From Eledone cirrhosa (Eukaryota): a stretch of 64,000 nt of DNA. The stretch is from positions 38,936,001 to 39,000,000 of the forward strand of contig OZ024753.1 of NCBI GenBank assembly GCA_964016885.1, read 5' to 3'. The position numbers and the translations under genes are program-made. How positions within the stretch are numbered: position 1 is the stretch's first letter; every line of letters begins with the position of its first letter. The notes under the pieces were generated by a model. The model did not search any database, was not told where the DNA came from, and was given only the letters and a program-made list of their open reading frames with translations. Below, piece after piece: positions 1-13,732 of the stretch.

Positions 1-986
1 ATGGGAGCCGGATGGGGATATTAACGATGAATGTTTAAAAATTACAACAAAAAGAAGACAAAAACTCAAATGTAATATTTAACATTGATATTATAATATA
101 CTCGTATATAATGTTCTATGGTTCACCGGACATTAGTATGAAGTCTCAATCTTTGAAAGAAAATGTATCTAGTTTGAACTGATATACTTTATAAAGTTTT
201 AAATCTTTAAATCTTAAAATAATTTTATTCTCTCACCAAACCACCGAAACACATATATGTGGATATGCGATACAATTTATGTTCCTGTTATATTTATCGC
301 ATATAGAAGTTTTCTGGCCATTTTAGAGTGCAACTAAATTGTCCAAATTTGCTCCCCATGCTCCCCATACTCCTAAGTCACAAATGCTTTCACCGCCCAA
401 TGTATTTAATGTAATAGTATTATCTATTAAGTAACAATCTTATGAACGATGTGGTGTTAGCTTTTCTATTCCGTGTCTGTGCTACTGTTAGATACATCTC
501 GTCTGGTTTATACAAGATATATTCAAATTATAACTAAGTTAATGAAACCCATATTAGAGGAATACCTGCAATTATAAAACTCTGCGACAAACTCGATAAA
601 ACATCCCGATAGCTTTTGTAGTCTCGTGTGACAACTATTAATTCAGCATCTTGCTGAGTGCAGAATTATGAGCCGACAAATGAAATACGATTTTGATAAC
701 TTACGTTCTTATACAATATTTAAGCGACCAGTTATGCTTAAACATGGCGGATACCGAACGAGATTCTCGTCATTACACTGACAGTAATAACTTGTGTGTG
801 TGACAGCAGCAGTTGAAATACTCACATTATTATCAAATCAATCGTAGTTCTTTAATATATGGCTAGACAGTAAAATCAGTCTGACTATCAAGAATGATAA
901 TGCTGTTATATATCTTATTAATCTATATACATGTCGGTGTCTCTCTTATATAAACATGTACATACATATATACGCGTGTGTGTGTG

Positions 987-1063
<77 letters not shown>

Positions 1064-1205
1064 TCATTTACAGACAATATAATTCCATATACTAAAAGAG
1101 ACCTGTCTCATTCATATATATATAAGTATCGAAGCTACATTAAATATCCATAGTGTTGTCTTCATGTGCCTTTGTCACATATATATATTTGCGCCATCTT
1201 GGTGG

Positions 1206-1263
<58 letters not shown>

Positions 1264-1309
1264 CCACCAAGATAGCACAAATATATATATGTGACAAAGG
1301 CACATGGAG

Positions 1310-1348
<39 letters not shown>

Positions 1349-3789
1349 ACATCTATCTCTCTCTCTATATATATATGTATACATATATCTATCTATCTAT
1401 CTGTCTCGATATATTGTATAAGGTATAACCGCCCTTGAAAAATGAAATTAATCTTCACAGGAGCACCACAATTAGTCTCCGTTGTATCAGATTGATTGTA
1501 TGATCAGAGAGAGTAGTAACAAATCCGGAGACATACGCATTATCTATTGAAATTTAGTGGTACCGGACAAGCATACAATTGGCAATTTTAATCGAAAGGG
1601 CCCATGAAACTTTACACACATATATTCTATCTGATATGACGAAAATATAAGTGTGTTTGTTTGTTAGTATGATTGAATGCGGATGTATTTCTCTTTGTAT
1701 GAATGTATGTGTCTCTGTGTGTAATTAGAACTAAATTTATCAGTGTATTTATATACCTGACTACACAGCTTTCCACTTCTTCATCTCACAAACAACAAAA
1801 TATTAATCTCTACACAAAGAAAGTCAAGAGAAGAAATGCGAATGGGTATTAAATTCGTATATAATAAAAACAACATAGAAAACAATGACTCTCCTCTGAC
1901 AAACAACAACAACAAAAAATATAGACCATGTTAAGTCAGAACAACATCAACAAGAATTAATATATGACCCAATCATCCCCACCCGAGCAAAACTAAAAGG
2001 AAAAAAAAAATGCAAAACCTCTTCGACAAACGTGTTATTTTCATCTATCATTCTCTACCCTGATATCAGTCTTACGCTCAGTGCTGCCATATAGAGCATA
2101 ATGGCTACAATAGCTTTAAAAGTTTCTATGAAAGGGGGAAAAAAAAACAAAGCAGGAAACATAATGAGTATACGAAGATTCTTATTCTTTGTAATACATC
2201 AAATGTTTCCTTGTCTTATTTTTTTATTTCCTATTTAGTTTATTCTTTTGTTCTGCTTACTTCTACGTTTTCATTTGTTGTTGTTGTTGTTTGAGCGATA
2301 AGATTTCATTGAATGTTGAGAGGGTAAAAATATCAATGAAGTCAGCGATTGGCAGAGTCGGTAGAGCATCAGATTAATGGTTTTGTGGTATTTTTTTCTC
2401 TGAGTTCAAATCCTACCTCAGCAGGATTTGAACTCAGAGAACAGAGCAGGAAAGAGAAAGATAGAAATGAAGTAATGATAGAGATATAGAGGAATAATCG
2501 ATCACGGATTGATTCACAGTTAAAATCGGCGGGATTTGAACTGGCATCTATGTTCAAGTTTTCTCCTCAGAGCTCCTTAGTGAAATACAACGAATCTTAA
2601 ACGTGTTAAACCTAGCATTTTAAAAGCTTCCCTCTCTCGGTCTAAACGAGTGCCAATATTTTCCAGAAAAAGACAGAGAATGATTGATATGAAGTAATAA
2701 TGGAGATATAGAGAAATAATCGATCACAGTAATGGATTAATATTTCTTTATCGACCTCGAAAGTTTGAAATTCACAGTTAAAATCGGCGGGATTTGAACT
2801 TGAGAGCAGAAAGCGCTGGAAAGAATACCGCAAATTCTAACGATTCAACCATTTCACCAGTTTATCCTTTCGAGGTCGATAAAAGATGTATCTGTCCAGA
2901 ACTAGGGGTCAATTTTTCCTCTATACCTCTTTCTAAATGTAATTCTATCACTCTCTCTATCTTTCTCTTTGCTGTATACAGAGCTGGAGAGGAGATGGGA
3001 TCTGCCAGGCTTCCTTTTTTTTATTGTACGGGTCCATAATACCAATCAGTGAGGGAATACTCGTGGCTTACTGGTTAGGAAAAATTCAGCGTTAAATTCG
3101 GCTAGATTTGAACTTAGATAGCTCAGAGTAGCGCTGGAAAGAATACCTCAATTAATTCTATCTGTTCGTCTAACGACTCTACCATTCCACAATTCTATCA
3201 CTCTCTCTATCTTTCTCTCGAAGAAATTTGCTGTATACAGACCTGGAGACGAGATGGGATCTGCCAGGCTTCCTTTTTTTTTTTTTAAATGCCCAACAAA
3301 TGCTGTATGTCAACACAACTCTCTCAAATGGTACGGGTCCATAATACCAATCAGTGAGGGAATACTCATGGCTGACTGGTTACGGTGTTCAAGTCAAAAT
3401 TGAAAAGCGATGGGTTCAATTCCTAGCAGCATGTTTTGTCTTTCAGTAAGACACACACAAACACTCTAGTTCACGTAGCTCTAACTGGGGAAACAAAAAG
3501 GTTGTACCTGTAATTCAAGGGGACAAACTTGTTATCCCATGTATCACTGGATCTCCCTGAGAATTACATTAACTTTGCGAGTGTCTGTGTGTGACGTGCG
3601 CAGTCATTTCCCCGTTAATTTGACACGTAGACTGTTCCGTTGTTCGAACAGCTGAAACAGTCGTCGTCGCAGCCGACGGAGGTCCATCATAATGAAGAAC
3701 TTACGTTACTGTCTAGCATTGATTTTTTTACAATGTTTTCATATTTTGTTTGTGTGAAGAATAATATTATTTTGTTGGTTGAGAATTAT

Positions 3790-3799
3790 ATTGATGATA

Positions 3800-3869
<70 letters not shown>

Positions 3870-3981
3870 CGATGACGACATTGTGGATGATGATGTTGTT
3901 TATGGTTATGAGGGCTGGGAATGATGATGATGATGATGATGTTGATAATGATGGTGATGATGATGTTGAGAATGATGATGC

Positions 3982-4025
<44 letters not shown>

Positions 4026-4032
4026 GGGATGG

Positions 4033-4067
<35 letters not shown>

Positions 4068-4235
4068 GTGATAATGATGGTTATGATGATGATGATGATG
4101 ATGGTGATAATGATGGTTATGATGTTGAGAATGATGACGCTGATGATGATGATGATGATGATGGCGATATGATGATGATGATGATGATGGGGATGATGAT
4201 GGTGATGATGATGATGACGGTGGTGATGATGATGA
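3790..4235. repeat. (GAT)n microsatellite complex
   Basis: Directly visible. Confidence 0.95.
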
Positions 4236-4639
4236 AGACTAAAGAACAAGCGATGCGGTGTTTGGCAGGATGAATGAAGGTTTTAGATTTGGTGAAACTG
4301 GGGGTGGGTGGGTGGTAAAGTTATAGTCAACAATGTAGGAGGCATTGGGGATGGGGAGTAAGGGGTAGGGGGAGACTTAGATGTCACTCTGGGGACGGGT
4401 TGGGGGTAGGGACGGCGGCGGGCAAGAGGTGTGAATCTAGTTTGGTGACAGTGATTGTATGTATGATGGATTGTCTGAGGGCCGGCGGGGACCAGGAACG
4501 ACGACCCTCAGATCAATGCAGGAAGAGGCGGATTAAGTGTTTAATTGGCCTGAGACGGGCTACATCGACCGTGGGGACTACCACAGTCCGTCTGTAGAGC
4601 GTTTGTGGGAGAGGGTGGAGAGTTGGGATAGTAGTGGGA

Positions 4640-5355
4640 GGGTAGATGGAAGGAGAAGAGAGAGAAGGAGGGAGAGAGAGGGGGAGAGATGAGATAGAGG
4701 AGAGACGAGAGAGTGGGTATGGGGAGAGAGGGATACGGGGAGATAGAGAGAGAGAGAGAGCGGGACAGAGAGAGAGGGGGGTGAGATAGAAGAGAGATGG
4801 TAGAGAAGAGAGAAGGAGGGAGGAGAGATAGAGAGAGCGAATGAGAGAGAGGAGAGAGAGAGGGAGAGAGAAGGTAGAGGGGGGCATGAGAAGAGAGAGA
4901 AGGTAGAGAAAAGAGAGGGAAATTAGGAGAGAAGGAGACCGGGACAGCGAAAGGGAGAAAGAGAGAGAGAGAGAGGGGGGAGAGAAATAGAAAGAATGAA
5001 GGAGTGAAAGAAAGAGAGAGTAAATAAGTTAGTGAGAAAACACGAGCGTGAAAGAGAGAGTGAGAGAGAGAGAAAGAAAGAGAAAGAGAGAGAGAGAGGG
5101 GAGGAGATGAGGAGGAGGTGATGGAGGAAGAGTTGGAAAAAGAAGAGAAGACAGTGAGTTAAATGAGGCAAAGCGAATTAGGGCATCTGGGGGAAAAGTT
5201 AGAGATTAAGTGGTAGAGAGAGTAAGAGAGAGAGGTAGAGAGAGGTAGAGGTAGAGAGAGAGAGAGTGAGAGTGAGAGAGAGAAAGTAAGAGAGAGTGAG
5301 AGAGTAAGAGAGAGAGGTAGAGAGGGGGGTAAGAGAGAGAGAGAGAGAGAGAGTG
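4640..5355. repeat. GA-rich polypurine tract
   Basis: Directly visible. Confidence 0.9.
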
Positions 5356-5929
5356 ATTTGTTTTGAATTTTTAATTCAGTTGTTCCTTCTACTTGTATGA
5401 AATGTGGTTTCCTTTATTTCATTTAGAGTAGATGGACAGAATCGTTAGAGCGTCGAACAAAGTGCTTTGTGGTGTTTAGTTACAACTTTCTATGTTCTGA
5501 GTTTAAATCCGGCTGATCTCAACTCTGTTGTTCACCTTTATTGAGTCGGTAGAGTCTATTTTCCCGTTCTCCCCCAAATCGTTGATCTTGTGTTTAAATT
5601 AGAACAGTTTATCTGTGTATCTTCTTCTTCTTCTTCTTCTTCTTCTTCTTCTTCTTCTTCTTCTTCTTCTTCTTCTTCTTCTCCTCCTCCTCCTCCTCAT
5701 CCTCCTCCTCCTCCTCCTCCTCTTCTTCTTCTTCTTCTTCGCCCAGTTATTTCTGAGAGTGTCGTGAGGGGTCAGTGTCCTCGCCACAGGGTCCAAGTTT
5801 TCTATATCGACCCCAGTAGTACCTCTGCTATACAGTAATAAACGAGAGGATAAAAGTGGAAGGAAGGAATATATTCTTGCAACTTCAACAGAACCAATTA
5901 CAGTATGACGATACCAAGAAATATACTTA

Positions 5930-6122
5930 ATGATCGTTTCTACTTTTGGCACAAGGCCAGCAATTATCGCAGTGCATTACTGGTACTTTATTTCATCGAC
6001 CCCGTAAGGATGAAAGGCAAAGTTAACCTCGGCGGGATTTGAACTCAGATCATAAAGGGACGTAACTCTATGCTTCAAAGCATGGTGTCCGACTCTCTAC
6101 CGATACTGCCAATCCACCGCCA
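5930..6122 (-). mobile_element. tRNA-derived SINE, full length
   Basis: Full reverse-complement match to the 62.5-kb unit. Confidence 0.88.
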
Positions 6123-6227
6123 ATCCACTTAATAATGGCTTCTAATAAACCCAACAATTTTGGGTGGACAGAAAAGACAGTTATATCGACACCAATATTT
6201 GACTGGTGCATTATTTAAACGATCTGA

Positions 6228-6380
6228 GGTGGTGGATTGGCAGTATTAGTTGAGAGTCGGACACGATGCTTTGCCACAAAGAGTTATGGCCCGTTATGAT
6301 CTGAGTTCAAATTCCGCCGAGGGTAATCTGTAATGCACTGGGATAATTGCTGGCCTTGTGCCAAAAAGTAGAAACAACTA
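6228..6380 (+). mobile_element. tRNA-derived SINE, internal deletion
   Basis: ggattggcagtattag...gagttcaaattccgccgagg...ccaaaaagtagaaac. Confidence 0.8.
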
Positions 6381-6814
6381 TTTAAACGATCTCACGAAAA
6401 TAAAAGGCAAAGTTGAGCTCGGTGAGATTTGAACTCAGAACTTATAGGAATACCACTAAGTGCCACACACCATCCTATCCGACGCCTTAACAATTCTGCC
6501 AATCCACTGCTTTACCCGTTTAGAATTTAAACCGGCCGTATGTATCCGGCCAGAATTCTTTTACCTCTTTCTGTTCAAATCGGCTGTAACTGTCTGCTCA
6601 TACTTATGTGAAGGCATGGTTTTCAAAATAAATATCAAATTCTCATAAATTCGATATTATGTGAAATAAATATCTGAAATAAAGTGTTTACCGTGAAAAT
6701 GCAATTGTAAATATGTATGTGTGTTGGTCACGCAGCTTTAACTGGCCTCCCCCAAGGTATATCTCGTTGGAGGTGTCTTGGGTGATTTAATGATAGAAAC
6801 CCCAGTCCTATCAT

Positions 6815-6958
6815 CTCATTTCTACAGCTGAGTAAACTGGAGCAACGTGAAATAAAGTGTCTTCCTGAAGGAAACAACACATCACCCGGTGCGAGAATTG
6901 TACTCACAACCTTTCGATTGCAAGTCCAATGCTCTAACCACTAAGTCATGCGCCTTCA
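6815..6958 (-). mobile_element. CORE-type tRNA-derived SINE
   Basis: Minus strand gtgaaggcgcatgacttagtggttagagc (A box)...aagacactttatttcacgttgctccagtttactcagctgtagaaatgag (CORE-like). Confidence 0.75.
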
Positions 6959-7194
6959 CAATTGTAAATATAGAGTAATGTGAATACTAAAGGGTTAAAC
7001 GCTCTAGATAATAACTATCCAATAAGCCCCCATACAATATACATGTTCCTCTTCATTCTGTTCAAAATATCACATTCTATTCCATATTAATGCATTCTGC
7101 AAACTGCCGAGACACAATATATTTTTTCAAGCGGAACTATACAATATTTACAATTAATTTGATTTAAATTACTGTACTATTAAAAGAGATTTTT

Positions 7195-7635
7195 ATGGTG
7201 ATGGTGGTGGTGGTGATTGTGGAAGTGGTGATGGTTGTGGTTGTGATGGTGGTGTTGGTGGCGGTGGAGGTGGTGATAGTGGTGGTGGTGGTGTTGGTGG
7301 TGGTGATAGTGGAGAGGGTGGCGGTGTTGATGGTGATGGTGGTGGTGGTGGTATTGGGGGCGATGGTGGCGGTGCTGGTGATTGTGGAAATGGTGATGGT
7401 GGTGATGGTCGTGGTGGAGATGGTCGTGGTGATTATGTTGGTGGTGATTGTGTTGGTGGTGGAGGAGGCGGTGGTTGTGATTATGTTAGTGGTGATTGTG
7501 TTGGTGATGGTGGTGATTGTGGAGGTGGAGGTGGTGTCGGTGATTATGTTCGGGGTGATGGTGGTGTTGGTGATTGCGTTTGTGGTGATTGTGGTGGTGA
7601 TGGTGACGGGGGTGCTGTTGATGGTAGTGATGGTA
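7195..7635. repeat. Degenerate (GGT)n tract
   Basis: Directly visible. Confidence 0.9.
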
Positions 7636-8164
7636 GGAAAGGATTTTTAGATTTATAGGTAAATCCTGCAGTGAATTATCGATCTCTTAATAAACACATA
7701 GGTAGTACTTTAAAATATATGTGGTAAATGATATTTTAAAACAAACCAAAATAAAAAATAAGACCCAATCGATTATTTCCTATAGCGGTTTTGGGAAGTC
7801 ACGTTTGAATTAGATCAGTTGGCCATTAATAAAATTGTTTGTACCCCTTTAATTGTTATTTAAATCTTACCCAAGGATAAATAATTCGTAGTAATTTACT
7901 TTTAAATTAGTTCAGAAAAAATACAGGAAAAACGTTTATTGTCAAGCTTCTATAAGTTCAACCTTTTTTTAATCAAGCTTAACTTATTTGTTCTACAACT
8001 CTTATAAATCAACCCTGATAACCTTCGATCTCTAACGATATATATTTTATAGTTGTCTTAGTTGTCTTAGCTGTAAAATCGACTTCAGACTTCAGGTAAC
8101 ATTTTTCACACACGAAATAAACACAAACAAATATCTACAATACAAACAGCTTAGCATTAACCTT

Positions 8165-8202
8165 ATCTTCTGAAGATGGACTAATGTCCGAAATGTTTAG
8201 AT
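8165..8202 (+). ncRNA. Minimal type-I hammerhead ribozyme motif (Penelope-like pLTR type)
   Basis: atct-t-CTGAAGA-t-ggac(taat)gtcc-GAAA-tgttt-agat. Stem I atct/agat, stem II ggac/gtcc, very short degenerate stem III; lies upstream of a (CA)/(TA) tract. Confidence 0.6.
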
Positions 8203-8369
8203 TCGTTTCCTAATATATCAAGCACTAAACTAATATATATCTTCAGTGTAGTGTATCATTTTTCTCTGTTGTTTTCCTCGTTAACTTTTAGCATACACAC
8301 ACACAAACACCCATAAACAGACACACACACACACATACACACACAGACACACAGGCACACACCGACACA

Positions 8370-8454
<85 letters not shown>

Positions 8455-8467
8455 GTATACATATATA

Positions 8468-8536
<69 letters not shown>

Positions 8537-9542
8537 GCACACACTGCCGTATATGTGTTCTTTTTAGTCATTCTTCGTTACTCGTTTTCATCACATTAAA
8601 AAATGTCGGCTTTGCGGTTTTAAATTAAGTAGCTGCCCTCATCAAAATTACTCGTCACAATGTTTTGTATTTCAGAAATAAATAAATCAACAAACAGACA
8701 AATAAATAAATAAAAAATAAGTAAATAAATAAAATTTCATTCCTTATTCTATCATTCGAAGATATTGTATTGTAGACAGACGTTCGACTTCCTGTCTGGC
8801 TACATTATTTTTTCTGATCTACTATTTCAACTGTACTTGAAATACACACAAATTAATACGTGGTTAGAATCAAGATTAGAATTATAGAAGCTAAATTGTG
8901 TAGGAAATTATACGAGCTGAAACTTGGGGTTCACTACTCTAATAGATTTATCAGTCGCACGTCGGAAATAAGTTAGCTGACAGTTACCTGAATTTTAACT
9001 CTTAACTTCCTGAAATAATTTAAAAGTAAATCTGTAGAAATAGATTTGTTATTTCAAATATTTATAGTATCTTCAGTTGTAGATAGATCATTGTGAAAAT
9101 TTGAAGTATTAGAGTTAAAGCTTCAATATTAAACCTGATGCATTCCATCATGTTAAAAATAAAGTGGCATTTGAATAAGTGATAAACCAGTGGACAAATC
9201 TTTGGGAAATTTGCAGTATTAGAATAAAGGGATTAATCTTTAATAATTTCTACTTTAGGCACAAGGCCAGCAATTACCCAGTGCATAAAGGGATTAATCT
9301 TTAATGCGATACAATCATAGTTATGTTTTGTACTGCCGAGAATGTCTTGCTCTGCAGTTTCATATGATTTGTCAATTCAAATGCTTATAGTATATTTACT
9401 AGTAGACAAATAATTGTGAACATTCACAGTATTGTTATATTCTTATATATATATAAGCACGGAAACAATGTATCTCTAGCGGTGGTCGACTGGTGAGATG
9501 GGACTACTGTCTATATTCCTTCATTTTCCTGTTTTCACCTGT

Positions 9543-9579
<37 letters not shown>

Positions 9580-9727
9580 ATTTTAATAAATATTTGCTCT
9601 GTGGTTCTTATATATTTGATATATATTTATCCTTATCGAGCCTTCTTCGGATTTTAGTCTTCACATTTATTATTACTACATATATATATATAGAGAGAGA
9701 GAGAATGGGGAAAATACATACATAGAC

Positions 9728-9787
<60 letters not shown>

Positions 9788-9864
9788 GTCTATGTATGTA
9801 TTTACCCCATTCTCTCTATATATATGTAGTAATAATAAATGTATATATGTAGTAATAATAAATG

Positions 9865-9928
<64 letters not shown>

Positions 9929-10266
9929 TATGTATGTGTTTCGGGGGATGAAGTTTCATAAAATATAAAAGTTTATACATTTAGTACGACCTCATACGAT
10001 CCTTCTCATTTTAATATTTTCAGTACCACGAGGCAAAGCACGGTCACATTATTACATAGTTCCAACTGATTTAAACTTTAAGAATCAACCTATATGAGAA
10101 ATCAATATTGGATATATATACATTCAATGGTTAAGAGATCGAAAAATCTGGCATTTTTGTAAAAATCTAATTATATAAAGCATTAAAGATAAATATATGG
10201 TTGCCATTTTAATGTTGCCACATTTCCCGCAGCAAATATAATTTGGTGCACTATAATAATATAAAC

Positions 10267-10351
<85 letters not shown>

Positions 10352-10388
10352 ATATAATATATATGTGTTATATGTGTATATATATCTA

Positions 10389-10577
<189 letters not shown>

Positions 10578-10818
10578 TCAAAATATTAACAAAAATAGAC
10601 ATTCGTTATTAATATTTTGAATTAATATTAGTAACTCCGGAAAACCAATACTGTTGAGTGCTTCCAATCTATTGTAAAACTAATTATTTGATTTATTCAT
10701 TGAACCTTGTTTAACCTTTAAATATATATATATATATACGTTATTCCGGGTTGAGTCGGAGGTAACCACAGTAAGTAAGGTACTCAATACATTACAGAGT
10801 ATAAAAGTTTTAATATAG

Positions 10819-10871
10819 ATGAGATTCTACAGGACTAGAACTGTTTCATTCTTTAGAAATCATCAGGAATC
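10819..10871 (-). ncRNA. Type-I hammerhead ribozyme, inverted copy
   Basis: Reverse complement of 10910-10962: gattc-CTGATGA-tttctaaagaat-GAAACAG...CTGTA-gaatctcat. Confidence 0.75.
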
Positions 10872-10905
10872 ATCAGAAATCATCAGGAATTTCATCAGGA
10901 ATCTC

Positions 10906-10962
10906 ATGAGATTCCTGATGATTTCTAAAGAATGAAACAGTTCTAGTCCTGTAGAATCTCAT
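10906..10962 (+). ncRNA. Type-I hammerhead ribozyme
   Basis: Stem I atgagattc/gaatctcat (9 bp), CTGATGA at 10915-10921, stem II ttct(aa)agaa, GAAA at 10934, stem III acag/ctgt, GUA cleavage triplet at 10951-10953. Confidence 0.85.
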
Positions 10963-12299
10963 CTATATATATATATATATATTCACATACAGAAACAGAC
11001 ACACAGATACACACAGAGACTCAGACACGGGCACACACACAGTGTGTTGACAAGATCTGGCTGGAAAATCTTCTCCGTTGTCTCTGTTTTCAAAGTTATA
11101 TATATAAAGGTTCCCTGAGTTTAGAAAAATAACCAATAGGCACATTTGTTAGGACGCCGGATGGAACGTTATTAGTTCTGTCTTTCTACGCTCTATCATC
11201 ATTTCGGTTTCTATAAATAATTGTTTCGACTTTTGGCACAAGGCCAGCAATTATCCAAGTGTTTTATTTTATCGACGCCGTAAGAATGAAAGACAAGATT
11301 TAACGTCAGCACTGGGGTAGAATCTCTCCTCTATATATCTTAATCTGTTCCTTTTCCACTCTATCTCTTTCTCTGGAAAAAATCGGCTGCCTTCTGAGGT
11401 CTTTTAGAACAAATACCCAAGACACGTTGTATTCAAATACAGCGACCCTACGATTCAATCAGCAGTTAAGGGCAAATGCATACATATATATATATACATA
11501 TATCAATATATAAATATATATATGGAGTTTTTTTTTTCTCTATATATATTTACCAAAGACATGATCTTTTTAAAACATATATACGCAGACATCTATTTAA
11601 AGAATAGATTCTTTAACCAAAAGGCGGGGGATTTTCTATTCTTATTCAAACAAAGTTCAGAAGTAAAAAAAAAAAAAAAAAACAGAAATTCATTAAGATT
11701 TCAGAACTTACTCTCTTGTTCCAACACTTGTCTGTGCCTTTTTCTAAAGGAATAATTGATTTCCGATGTATAATAGAAAATCATTGCTTAATTACAGAGA
11801 AATATTTCCGCTAAATGCACGTGTGTCATAAAGGATATTAAATCTATTCTTTCAGACAACAACACACACAGAGAATCTAGCTGACTTGTTAAGTTTGGGT
11901 TGTTATCTAATATTGTTACGGTCAAAAATGGCCACCATCCTCTTTCATAAAATTAACAAAAAAAAAAAAAAAAAAAAAAAAGGATGGTACTTCATAAATT
12001 TAAATTGCCAGTGATGTTCTTTGCTTTTAATTAATTTACCGAAAATTTGTGTTGAAAAACATAAAAAATGAATTTAATGATGATGTTTTTCAATCTCAAA
12101 AGAAGGCCAATTAACATCCTATCAGCTGTTCAATGCAGATTTCTTGGCCAATTAATAACTTTAGTGGTTTATTACTAAAGAAGATGTACTCTCTCTCTCT
12201 CGCACTCTCACACACTCTCTCTCTCTCTCACACATTCACACACTCTTTCTCTCTCACACAAACACACTCTTTCTCTGTCTCTCTCTCACACACAAACAT

Positions 12300-12428
<129 letters not shown>

Positions 12429-13345
12429 CTCTCTTTTCTCTTCTCATATCTTCTCTTCTCTCTCTCTCTATCTCTTCTGGCTTCTCTCTCGCTTCTCTCT
12501 CTCTCGCTTCTCTCTATCACTTCTTTCTCTCTCTCTCTCTAACTTTCCCCCTCCTTCTCACTCTGTTTCTTTCTCACTTCTCTCTATATATTTCTCTCTC
12601 ACTTCTGTCTCTCTATCCCTCTCTCTGTTCCCTACTCTCTTACTCTTTCTTTCTATTCACTCTCTCTCTTCTCTTCTCTCCCTCTCTCTTCTCTCTAATT
12701 CTCTCTCTTTCTTACTCTCACTCATTTGTATATCTCTCTCTCATTCGCAGGGTGAAGCATCCACTGTTGCTCGCCAAAATAAAAGAACAGTGAAAACGTC
12801 AGCCAAAATGCTTTTCTTATTCAAAATTATAATTCTGAATACCCTCTTCTAACTCAGAATTATGGTCAACCTTTACATGCGATGCATAGAAAAATCCAAA
12901 TTATTTTCGTGGGTAAATAGGGGTTGGTCTACTTTTACATGAGATTGACGTTGACACGTGTATATATGGATGTTTTAAACAATGTGTTCTTGATCATCAA
13001 ATAATTCTATTCACCTATTAACATATGAATAATTACACCAATTAATGTATTGCTATTTATATTTTCAGGAGAACGGAAAGGAAACTAATTTGAATGGAAC
13101 AGAAACGAAACTGGGACACAATCTTTTGTATTAATATCTCTCTGTTGAACCGCAACGAGATGTAAGGAAAAAGCCACGCACACACACACACAGACACACA
13201 CAAATATATATGTATATATATATATATACATATAGTAATAATAATAAATGTGAAGACTAAAATCCAAAGAGGGCTCGATAAGGATAAATATATGTCAAAT
13301 ATATAGAAACGATAGAGCAAATATTTATTAAAATAACAGATTAAA

Positions 13346-13394
13346 GTTTAAGCAAAGAATCGCTGCTTTCACCCTTAACGGGATCTTCTGAAAC
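13346..13394 (-). ncRNA. Hammerhead-like motif, CAGAAGA core variant
   Basis: Minus strand gttt-CAGAAGA-t-ccc(gttaa)ggg-t-GAAAgca...tgcT-T-aaac. All three stems form. Adjoins a repeat also present at 9578-9680. Confidence 0.5.
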
Positions 13395-13694
13395 ATATAT
13401 ATATATATATATATATCAGTAGCCGTATTATTTATTATTTATTATTTTTTATTATTGGTGTTATTTTTTTCATTTACTTTATTCTCCGATGCATCTATAA
13501 ATACCAGTGCCCTGTGTTGCACCCTTCTTCAGTATTCCGATGATTTGATCAGATACACATACTGTATTTAAGGTCGAGTGACGCAATTTCTAACGATCAG
13601 CAGCCTTTAGACTAAACTGATTAATGAAACAAATGTTAATACTGTAAATAAACCCTTTTTGTACAGCCAACCATGTTATTCTTCACTCTTTCAC

Positions 13695-13732
<38 letters not shown>

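Noticed and set aside
3640-4273. Poly-Asp/Met/His ORFs (also 7195-7650, 33249-33786, 48612-50718)
   Set aside because: Trinucleotide repeat tracts with no domain or splice evidence.
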